NCBI GenBank assembly: GCA_037379555.1
Contig: JARRJK010000006.1
Coordinates: 21,769 to 85,768, forward strand
DNA: 64,000 nt
Source: Anaerolineales bacterium
GTDB taxonomy: Bacteria > Chloroflexota > Anaerolineae > Anaerolineales > E44-bin32
Reading direction: 5' to 3'
The position numbers and the translations under genes were made by a program. Each line of letters opens with the position of its first letter. Within the stretch, counting starts at the first letter, position 1. The notes below the pieces were generated by a model. The model ran no database searches. It was not told where the DNA came from and worked only from the letters and a program-made list of their open reading frames with translations. Below are positions 27,784-35,197 of the stretch, piece by piece.

Positions 27784-27809
27784 GATATTATTATCATGAT
27801 AATAATATC
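27784..27809. promoter_or_regulatory. Perfect 26-bp AT-rich palindrome (candidate operator)
   Basis: gatattattatcatgataataatatc is its own reverse complement. It sits in a short AT-rich island about 115 nt upstream of the lipoprotein gene start and about 100 nt downstream of tRNA-Asn (both minus strand). Confidence 0.4.
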
Positions 27810-27907
27810 ACTCTATATGACAGTAGGCAACCATGCAAGCTGGCGAGGAGATCTGGATTGGTGGCTGCATTCGTGGGTTGGTGGGGATCACTCGCGAGTG
27901 AGAAAGG

Positions 27908-27980
27908 CTCCTCGGGTAGGACTCGAACCTACAACCCACCGGTTAACAGCCGGTTGCTCTGCCGATTGAGCTACCGAGGA
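27908..27980 (-). tRNA. tRNA-Asn (anticodon GTT)
   Basis: The reverse complement folds as a cloverleaf: acceptor TCCTCGG/CCGAGGA, D stem GCTC/GAGC, anticodon stem ACCGG/CCGGT with loop CTGTTAA, T stem GTAGG/CCTAC with TTCGAGT loop. CCA is not encoded. Confidence 0.92.
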
Positions 27981-28061
27981 ATGCCCCGGGATTATAACCG
28001 TGCCGCATGAAACCCGTCAAGAAAACAGCAGCGGCCGGTGTCCCTCCGATATAATTACCGC

Positions 28062-28880
28062 ATGTCCACCAGCCCTGCACACGGGCGCAGCACCAATCGC
28101 CGCTGGCGTGCACGCCTGAGCTACGCCGCCGTCGCAGCCCTGGCTGTGACCTGGCTGCTGCTCACACCGGATGGCCTGCTCGGCAAAGCTGATGCCGTCG
28201 GCTACGCAGTCTGCCACCGCATTGACCTGCGATCGTTTCACCTCGGCCAGCGCGCCCTGCCGCTTTGCGCGCGCTGCACGGGTATGTACCTCGCGGCGCT
28301 GCTCGGGCTGGCTTACTTCAGCCTGCGCCATCCACGTGCAGTGCGCTACCCCCGGCGCTCGATCGTGATCGCTCTGGCCCTGTTCGCATTGGCCTGGGCG
28401 GTCGATGGATTAAATTCGTTTCTCAGCCTGTTCCCAACCATGCCTCACCTGTACGCCCCGAGCAACACGCTGCGCCTGATGACGGGAGCGGGTATCGGCC
28501 TGGCGCTGGCAGCGATGATCTACCCGGCTTTCAACCAGGTCGCCTGGCGCGCAGGGCGCGATGAACCGATTCTGCGTTCGTGGGGGGAGCTGCTCCTGCT
28601 CCTCGCGCTGACAGCCGGCCTGGTCGCCCTCGTGCTCAATGGCAACCCCGCCGTGCTCTACCCGCTGGCGCTGCTCAGCGCGGCCGGAGTGCTGGTCTTG
28701 CTCACGACGGCATACGCGCTGATTGCAATCCCCTTCCTGCGCGGGATGAACAGCGCCAGTGCTTGGAAAGAGCTGATCCCGGGGTTGATCCTGGCTGCCG
28801 GCCTGGCACTGCTGCAGGTTGGCGCGATCGATGTGCTGCGCTGGCTGCTGACTGGCACCTGGGACGGTTTTCACCTGTGA
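28062..28880 (+). CDS. DUF2085-family integral membrane protein
   Basis: Characteristic CHRIDLRSFHLGQRALPLCARCTGMY motif followed by multiple TM helices. Confidence 0.7.
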   Translation: MSTSPAHGRSTNRRWRARLSYAAVAALAVTWLLLTPDGLLGKADAVGYAVCHRIDLRSFHLGQRALPLCARCTGMYLAALLGLAYFSLRHPRAVRYPRRSIVIALALFALAWAVDGLNSFLSLFPTMPHLYAPSNTLRLMTGAGIGLALAAMIYPAFNQVAWRAGRDEPILRSWGELLLLLALTAGLVALVLNGNPAVLYPLALLSAAGVLVLLTTAYALIAIPFLRGMNSASAWKELIPGLILAAGLALLQVGAIDVLRWLLTGTWDGFHL

Positions 28881-28890
28881 GGAGAGGATT

Positions 28891-29457
28891 ATGGACCCGC
28901 TAAGTGGTGTCTTCGCTGCATTCGGCCTGGCGGCTTCCGCCGGCCTGAATGCGTATATCCCGCTCTTGATCCTTTCGTTAATGGCGCGCTTCACAGATTG
29001 GATCAGCCTGAACGAACCGTGGGATGCGATGAGCAGCTGGTGGGTGATCGCTGTGCTGCTGATCTTGAGCGTGATCGAGTTCTTCGCCGATAAGATCCCG
29101 GCGGTGAATCATGTCAACGACGCTATTCAGACCTTCATCAGGCCGACCGCCGGGGCCGTGGCCTTCGCCGCCAGCGCGAACGTAATCAGCGATGTCCATC
29201 CTGTGCTGGGGATCATCGCCGGACTGCTCGTGGCGGGTAGTGTGCACGCGGCAAAGTCAGCTGCCATCCGCCCGGCGGTCACGGCTACCACTGGCGGCGC
29301 CGGGAACATCCCGGTCAGCGTCGCAGAGGACGTGCTCGCCACGGTGCTCTCGATCCTGTCGGTCGTGATCCCGGTGCTCATCGCCTCGCTGCTGATCGTC
29401 CTGACCACGACCTTCGTATGGTGGATGTGGCGGCGCGCAAACGCCCGCCGGATATAG
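28891..29457 (+). CDS. DUF4126-family integral membrane protein
   Basis: N-terminal AAFGLAASAGLNAYIPLLILSL and repeated glycine/alanine-rich TM helices typical of DUF4126. Confidence 0.7.
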   Translation: MDPLSGVFAAFGLAASAGLNAYIPLLILSLMARFTDWISLNEPWDAMSSWWVIAVLLILSVIEFFADKIPAVNHVNDAIQTFIRPTAGAVAFAASANVISDVHPVLGIIAGLLVAGSVHAAKSAAIRPAVTATTGGAGNIPVSVAEDVLATVLSILSVVIPVLIASLLIVLTTTFVWWMWRRANARRI

Positions 29458-29494
29458 ACCGGCGGGCCAATCTGCAGCGCAGGCCAGGGTCGAA

Positions 29495-29971
29495 TCAGCT
29501 TTCGATCATCGAGAATGGAGCCTGTCTGGTGTACATCATGTTCCGCAAGGAGTCGAGCGCCCGGCGGGCTGCAAGCCGCTCCCCCTCCTCGAGCATGAGC
29601 GCCCGGAATTCGTCCTCGTCGAGGAGCTGCATCCTCCCGTCCGGTAGCACAATGTAGTCCAGGGCCAGGTCGTCCGCCCGTAGCCGGGCGGCTTCGAGCA
29701 CGGCAGGGCGCGCAATATTGCAGTACCAGCCCTTCGGCGGGCCGCTTTTCCCTGAGTAAACGGCGAATATGTTGTACCAGCGGTCGAAATAGTAGCGCTC
29801 GAGGAACCGGTCGCCGCGCCGGAGCTCCAGCAAGCCCAGATTTACCAATTCACGGTCGAAATAAGCCTGGACGAGCACACCGGACTCGTCTTGCTCTAGA
29901 ATTGAACCGGGATAGGACCACATTTCCCGGCCTCGCGCATCGCACTTGCAGATGGTAATCGAGCGATTCAT
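29495..29971 (-). CDS. DUF402 (FAU-1/Ntdp-like) protein, last gene of the thiamine operon
   Basis: DUF402-like core (YFDRWYNIFAVY...KGWYCNIARP...DLALDYIVLPDG). The start overlaps the thiQ stop (ATGA at 29968-29971). Confidence 0.7.
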   Translation of the reverse strand: MNRSITICKCDARGREMWSYPGSILEQDESGVLVQAYFDRELVNLGLLELRRGDRFLERYYFDRWYNIFAVYSGKSGPPKGWYCNIARPAVLEAARLRADDLALDYIVLPDGRMQLLDEDEFRALMLEEGERLAARRALDSLRNMMYTRQAPFSMIES

Positions 29972-31032
29972 CCCAGCACCTGCAGCGCTTCGGCGGGCTC
30001 AAAGCTGAACTTGATCTCCTGTCCAACAGGAGGCACTCGATCATCCGAATCAAGTGTCGCCTGGATCTCGAATTCGCCCACCCGGACCTGAACCAGAATC
30101 AGGTCACCGCGGAAGGAGCGCGACACGACTGTCCCTGTAAGCCGGCTGTCCGCCCCCTCGACCAGCTGCAAACGATCGGGCCGCAGGAGGACCGTTACCG
30201 GGCCGCGCGCATCAGTTTGCAGCGGGAAGATCCCCAGAGGAGTCTCAACCACAACCTGATCAGCGCCCTGAAGGAGTCGGGCCGGGAAGAGGTTTGTCAG
30301 ACCGAGGAAACGGGCCACGAAGGGGGTTCTTGGCGAATGGTAGATCTCGAGCGGCGTCCCAGTTTGTTCGACCTGTCCAGCGTTGAGCAGCACCACGCGC
30401 TGGGCGAGGGCGAAAGCTTCCCGCTGATCGTGAGTAACGTAGAGCGCGGTTTGCCCCATTTCCTTCAGGATGGCGGGCAGTTCGAGAAGCAGTCGCTCTC
30501 GCAGCGTGCGGTCGAGCGCGCCGAGCGGCTCGTCAAGCATGAGCAATCGGGGCCGCGGGGCGAGTGAGCGGGCCAGCGCCACCCGTTGCCGCTCCCCACC
30601 GGAGAGCGTATCAACCTGCCGTCGTTCATAGCCTTTCAGGTCGACCAGATCGAGCACTCGCTCGATCCGGCGCTTCTGCTCATTGTCCGGGAGCGAATGC
30701 ATGCGCAGGCCGAAGCCCACATTGCCGGCGACATCGAGATGCGGGAAAAGCGCATACTCCTGGAACATCAGCCCGAAATCGCGAGCGTGGGTCGGAACGC
30801 CTGCGAGATCCTGTCCCTCCCAGCGAATGGATCCAGAGTCCGGCTCTTCAAGGCCGGCGATCAGATTGAGCAGGGTGCTTTTACCGCTGCCGCTTGGTCC
30901 GAGCACAGCCACGATCTGGCCGAATTCAACCACGAAACTCACGTCCTTCAGAGCCGTGGCCTCATCGTAGCGCTTCGTCAACCGCTCGACCTCGAGCGCA
31001 ATCCTGCCGCGTGATATCTCCATCTCGCCCAA
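29968..31032 (-). CDS. thiQ: ABC transporter ATP-binding protein (thiamine/iron-type importer, ThiQ-like with TOBE-like C-terminus)
   Basis: Walker A GPSGSGKST, signature LSGGERQRVALAR, Walker B LLMLDEP. Alternative ATG at 31023. Confidence 0.88.
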   Translation of the reverse strand: MGEMEISRGRIALEVERLTKRYDEATALKDVSFVVEFGQIVAVLGPSGSGKSTLLNLIAGLEEPDSGSIRWEGQDLAGVPTHARDFGLMFQEYALFPHLDVAGNVGFGLRMHSLPDNEQKRRIERVLDLVDLKGYERRQVDTLSGGERQRVALARSLAPRPRLLMLDEPLGALDRTLRERLLLELPAILKEMGQTALYVTHDQREAFALAQRVVLLNAGQVEQTGTPLEIYHSPRTPFVARFLGLTNLFPARLLQGADQVVVETPLGIFPLQTDARGPVTVLLRPDRLQLVEGADSRLTGTVVSRSFRGDLILVQVRVGEFEIQATLDSDDRVPPVGQEIKFSFEPAEALQVLG

Positions 31033-32802
31033 TCAGAATTCTCCAACTTCAGCCAGGCGCAGGCGTTCGATGGACAGCATACCGGCTGCCGTCACAGCCA
31101 TCAGGATTGTACTCAAGGCCATGGCCTGCCCGAAATTAATCGCTCCCGGCTGTGAGAGGGAGCGGAAGATCGCAATCGGAACCGTCGGGTTTTCAGGACG
31201 GGCGATCAACGCCGTGGCGCCGAATTCGCCGACCGAGATGGTGAATGCGAAAACCGCCGCGACGAGCAGCGCCCTGCCGACGAGTGGCAGGTCAATGAAG
31301 CGCAGCACCTGGCGCGGCGTGGCGCCCAGGACCGATGCAGCCTGGCGCAGATCAGGCTGGATGCTGGCCAGCGCAGGAGCCAGGCTGCGGACAACGAATG
31401 GGAAGGCGACCAGCGTATGGGCGACCGGAAGCAACAGGGGTGAAGCACGCAGATCGAGCGGAGGCCGGTCGAGTGCTACGATGAATCCCAGCCCGAGCGT
31501 GACGGCCGAAGTGCCCAGCGGCAGCATCAGCAGCGGGTCCAGCCAACGGGTGAGCCGCGAGCGGCCGTTCCGCACGAGTGCCCACGCCGCCGGAGCTCCG
31601 ATCAGGAGCGAAAGGATCACCGTCGTCAGCGCATAGATCAGCGAATTGCGGATCGCGGCGGCGGGCGGTGCATAGAAGATCGAGCTTTGTGGATTCTGTG
31701 CGAGCTGCTGATAGTTGGCCAGCGTCCAACCCTGCGTGACCTGTTCTCCGCGCGGCGCACCGCCGTAGCGTGTGAACGAACGCAGGCCGAGGGCGGCCAG
31801 GGGTGAGACGAGCAGTGTGAGCAGGACCAGGATCAGGATGCCAGCCCCGAGGCGCCGTTTCCATGTGTTCAGCCGGCCCTGCGTCAGCCGGGCGCGGCGC
31901 AGTGTGATCGGACGGCTCAGGCGGTTCGACATGCGGGTGTAGATGGCGGTGAGGATCAGCGTGCAGGCCAGCTGCAGCAGCGAGAGGACGGCCGCGGTGG
32001 GAAGATTGAAGAGGCTGACCGTCTGGTAGTAGATCTCGACTTCGAGCGTCGCGAAGTGCGGTCCACCGAGCAGCAGTATCACGCCGAATGAGGTGAAGTC
32101 GAAGAGGAAGACCAGCAGAGCAGCGGCCAGGATGGCAGGGGAGAGCAGCGGTAGCGTCACGGCCGTCCAGGCCTGGTAGCGGTTGGCGCCCAGCGTGCGG
32201 GCAGCCGCCTCCATATCCGGGTCGAGGTGCGACCAGAAATCACCAACCATGCGCAGGACGATGGTCGTGTTGTAGAAGACGTGGGCAACGAGGATCGAGG
32301 TGAGCGTGTTGATGAACGTGATCGGCGGTCCGGACAAGCCTAGCAGCCGGATCAGGCCGAGGTTAATCCAGCCGCGCGGTCCAAGCAGCGCGGTGAAGGC
32401 AGCCGCGACGACGACCGTAGGCAGGACGAACGGAATCCCGGATAGCGCTCGCAGCGTGGCTTTGCCACGAAATTCGTATCTTCCAAACAGGTAGGCTCCG
32501 GGCAGGCCTATCAGCAGGGTGAGCAGGGTGGAGATGGCTGCCTGACCGATGGTGAAGCCCAGGACCCGGAGCGTCTCACTCGAGCGAAGCGTTTCCCAGA
32601 TTGGCAGCAGCACACCAACCTGGCTGCGCTGAAAACTCAGCAGGAAGATGCGGGTCAGAGGATAGAAGAAGAACAGGGCGAGAAAGCCCAGCGGAAGGAT
32701 CCACAACAACAAGCCCGGGTCGAAGCGTCCGGACCTGTTGCGAACTCCCAGACGGTGGGATTCCCCGCGCTCCAGGCTCACCGCAGGACGACCTCGGTCC
32801 AA
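31033..32802 (-). CDS. thiP: ABC transporter permease, duplicated (two-module) ThiP-like
   Basis: 589-aa polytopic protein with two permease modules, as in thiamine/Fe3+ importers. Lies directly between the ATPase and binding-protein genes. Confidence 0.85.
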   Translation of the reverse strand: MDRGRPAVSLERGESHRLGVRNRSGRFDPGLLLWILPLGFLALFFFYPLTRIFLLSFQRSQVGVLLPIWETLRSSETLRVLGFTIGQAAISTLLTLLIGLPGAYLFGRYEFRGKATLRALSGIPFVLPTVVVAAAFTALLGPRGWINLGLIRLLGLSGPPITFINTLTSILVAHVFYNTTIVLRMVGDFWSHLDPDMEAAARTLGANRYQAWTAVTLPLLSPAILAAALLVFLFDFTSFGVILLLGGPHFATLEVEIYYQTVSLFNLPTAAVLSLLQLACTLILTAIYTRMSNRLSRPITLRRARLTQGRLNTWKRRLGAGILILVLLTLLVSPLAALGLRSFTRYGGAPRGEQVTQGWTLANYQQLAQNPQSSIFYAPPAAAIRNSLIYALTTVILSLLIGAPAAWALVRNGRSRLTRWLDPLLMLPLGTSAVTLGLGFIVALDRPPLDLRASPLLLPVAHTLVAFPFVVRSLAPALASIQPDLRQAASVLGATPRQVLRFIDLPLVGRALLVAAVFAFTISVGEFGATALIARPENPTVPIAIFRSLSQPGAINFGQAMALSTILMAVTAAGMLSIERLRLAEVGEF

Positions 32803-33869
32803 TCCTGAATCCAGGTCTCGCGGTTGGCGGCGATACGATCGGGTGCGAGCTCAGCAGTCGTCTCCGGAATGACGGCATTCTCTACGAACACCTGCGGCAG
32901 GGCTGCAGCCGGATTTACCGGGTAGACGAACATGGTCAGCGGCATGTTCTCCTGGAACGTCACCGAGAGCATGAAGTCGATCCAGGCTTGCGCCAGCTGG
33001 CGCTGCTGCGTTCCGGCCAGGATGCCAACGAACTCGATCTGGCGGAAGCAGCTCCGGTCGGCGGTCATGACACCGGTCGGCGCACGGTCGAGCGGGGTTT
33101 CCGCGAAATAAACCTCTGCCGGCGGGCTGGAGCCGTAGGATACGACGAGTGGGTGGGTGCCACCATGCAGTGTGAATTCACTGTAATAGGCAGATTCCCA
33201 ATCATTCACGACGAGGACGTCGTTGGCGACCAGCGAATTCCAGTATTCGAGGTAGCCATCCTCACCGTAGACGCCAACCGTGGCGAGCAGAAACGCCAGA
33301 CCCGGCGATGATGTGGCTGGATTTTCGACGACCAGCTGCCCGCGGTACCGCCCCTCGGGCAGGTCCGCAAGCGATTCAGGTGGAAGCAGGCCGGCATCTT
33401 CATAGAAGGCGCGGTCGTAGTTAATGCAGACATCTCCGTAATCGACCGGCAGTGCACGCATGCTCGGATCGAGCTGGAAATCTTGTGGGATGATTTCCAA
33501 CATCGGTGAGGGATAGGGTTCGAAGATGCCCTCTTCAAGTGCCCGGCTGAGAAAGGTGTTGTCAACGCCGTAGAAAACGTCCGCCAGCGGGTTGTCTTTG
33601 GAAAGGATGGCCTTGTTCAATGCGGTGCCGGTGTCGCCGGCCTTTAAGAAGCGGACAGTCACATCGTGATCTGATTCAAATTGGGCGACAGCATCCTCTG
33701 AGATTTCAAAAGAATCGTGGGTCATGACTGTGAGCACAGCCCCAGGGGCTGTGCCACTGTCGCGGGCGGTCTCCGTCGCCTTAAATGGGCCAGGCGACGG
33801 TGCCGTTGTTCCGCAGGCGGCAAGAGCGGCCAGGGCTGCGAGCGTAAGAAAAATCGAGATCCTTCTCAT
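32778..33869 (-). CDS. thiB: ABC transporter substrate-binding lipoprotein (thiamine-binding, ThiB/TbpA-like)
   Basis: Lipoprotein signal LTLAALAALAACG and a periplasmic-binding-protein fold. The thiamine assignment rests on the TPP riboswitch and the thiN neighbour. Confidence 0.8.
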   Translation of the reverse strand: MRRISIFLTLAALAALAACGTTAPSPGPFKATETARDSGTAPGAVLTVMTHDSFEISEDAVAQFESDHDVTVRFLKAGDTGTALNKAILSKDNPLADVFYGVDNTFLSRALEEGIFEPYPSPMLEIIPQDFQLDPSMRALPVDYGDVCINYDRAFYEDAGLLPPESLADLPEGRYRGQLVVENPATSSPGLAFLLATVGVYGEDGYLEYWNSLVANDVLVVNDWESAYYSEFTLHGGTHPLVVSYGSSPPAEVYFAETPLDRAPTGVMTADRSCFRQIEFVGILAGTQQRQLAQAWIDFMLSVTFQENMPLTMFVYPVNPAAALPQVFVENAVIPETTAELAPDRIAANRETWIQDWTEVVLR

Positions 33870-33887
33870 CGGCCTTGCTCCTCTTTG

Positions 33888-34544
33888 TTATTGCGACAGC
33901 CTTCCATCCCGCTGATGAACGCAAAGCAGGATTCCGTCTCCAATTTCGATCCTGGCTTTACTTTCCTTCAACTCGTTGCTAACGCCGCGCGTGGCGCCGA
34001 AGCGGAGTGGCTCGCCATCCAGGGAGTATTCAAGTCCAGTGGTGTGGATCTGTGCGACATCTCCTGCGAGCGGGATCAGGGAGACGGTTTGGCCTGGTTC
34101 CCCCTGCAGTTCGACCGGGTGCCCCGGGCGGATCACGCGCAGTTCTTGTTGTCCATCAATAAAAACGATTTCAATGTGATCGAATTCTGGAAGCGTGGGA
34201 AGCAGGATATTGGCAAAGGTTTGATCCCAGCGTCCACCGAACGCGCCGAGGATCAGGATCTGATCCGCTCCGCGCCGTGCCGCTTCGCGCATGGCGAGTT
34301 CAAGATCGGTCTCGTCCTTTCGGGGGGGATGCTCAATGATTTCGATCGACCTGCTCCTCAAGCGGCGGATCAGGCCACCATCGATCGAATCAAGATCTCC
34401 GATCACCAGATCCGGCAGCAGGTCGAAGGCGAGGATATGATGCAGTCCACCATCTGCGGCGTAGATGCAGTCATCCGGCTGTAGCTGGTCTCGATCACTT
34501 TCTGGGTTTTCGATCGTGCCATTGCTGAAGATAACGGTACGCAC
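33888..34544 (-). CDS. thiN: Thiamine diphosphokinase (thiamine pyrophosphokinase)
   Basis: IYAADGG...PDLVIGDLDSI catalytic motif and a C-terminal thiamine-binding beta domain. GTG start at 34544 with a ggaggg RBS. Confidence 0.85.
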   Translation of the reverse strand: MRTVIFSNGTIENPESDRDQLQPDDCIYAADGGLHHILAFDLLPDLVIGDLDSIDGGLIRRLRSRSIEIIEHPPRKDETDLELAMREAARRGADQILILGAFGGRWDQTFANILLPTLPEFDHIEIVFIDGQQELRVIRPGHPVELQGEPGQTVSLIPLAGDVAQIHTTGLEYSLDGEPLRFGATRGVSNELKESKARIEIGDGILLCVHQRDGRLSQ

Positions 34545-34547
34545 TGC

Positions 34548-34682
34548 AAAACCCTCCGTTTACTTTCCGGAGGGCTTGAGCGTTGTTCTCAATCCCTCCG
34601 CCGGCATTACCCGGATCAGGTTCTGCGGGTCGAGGGCATGTCGGCCCTCCTCTCAGCCCGGCGCATCCGAGCTCCCCGTGAA
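34548..34682 (-). promoter_or_regulatory. TPP (THI-box) riboswitch with an SD-sequestering expression platform
   Basis: Minus-strand RNA: GGGGAGC...GCCGGGCUGAGAGG...ACCCGCAGAACCUGAUCCGGGUAAUGCCGGCGGAGGGAU matches the conserved CUGAGA and ACCUGAUCnGGnUAAUGCCnGCG cores. Downstream GCCCUCC can pair with the GGAGGG RBS of thiN. Confidence 0.88.
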
Positions 34683-34831
34683 TATGCATGAATTCCAGCT
34701 TCAGTATAAAGCGCGGGATTCGAGCGGTCAAGGGCTGCGATCTGGCCTGCCTGAGCAGGACCTGGCGGGGCGGGCCGAGCGTAAAACGATCCAAGAAAGG
34801 TGCGCTGCGGACTTGAGGGGACGGCTGCGCT

Positions 34832-35197
34832 TCAGGCGCGCAGGGTTTTCTGGATTTGGGAGATCAGGTCATCCATGGAAAATGGCTTGATGATATACGC
34901 CTGCGCCCCGGCTTCAAGCCCAGCCTGGACCTCCGCTTCCTGCCCTTTAGCCGATAGAAAGATAACCGGGATATGCGTCAGGGTCGGATCTGCTTTGATC
35001 CGGCGGCAGACCTCATAGCCATCCATGCGCGGCATCCGAACGTCGAGCAGCGCCAGATCGGGCTGCTCTTTTGCAGCCAGCTCGAGCGCTGTTCTGCCGT
35101 CTGCGCTGCTGATGACGGCGAAGCCATGGCGTTCGAGGGTGAAGGCTACCAGCTCCCTGATGTCGCGTTCATCTTCGGCGATGAGGATCTTCTTCAT
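34832..35197 (-). CDS. CheY-like single-domain response regulator
   Basis: ILIAEDERD...LALLDVRMPRMDG...IFLSAKG...AYIIKPF. The start overlaps the kinase stop (ATGA at 35194-35197). Confidence 0.88.
   Translation of the reverse strand: MKKILIAEDERDIRELVAFTLERHGFAVISSADGRTALELAAKEQPDLALLDVRMPRMDGYEVCRRIKADPTLTHIPVIFLSAKGQEAEVQAGLEAGAQAYIIKPFSMDDLISQIQKTLRA

Noticed and set aside
27690-28037. tRNA-Asn plus an AT-rich stretch as a possible genomic-island integration site.
   Set aside because: No integrase, no direct repeat of the tRNA 3' end and no mobile-element genes on either side. The flanking genes are ordinary membrane proteins and lipoproteins.
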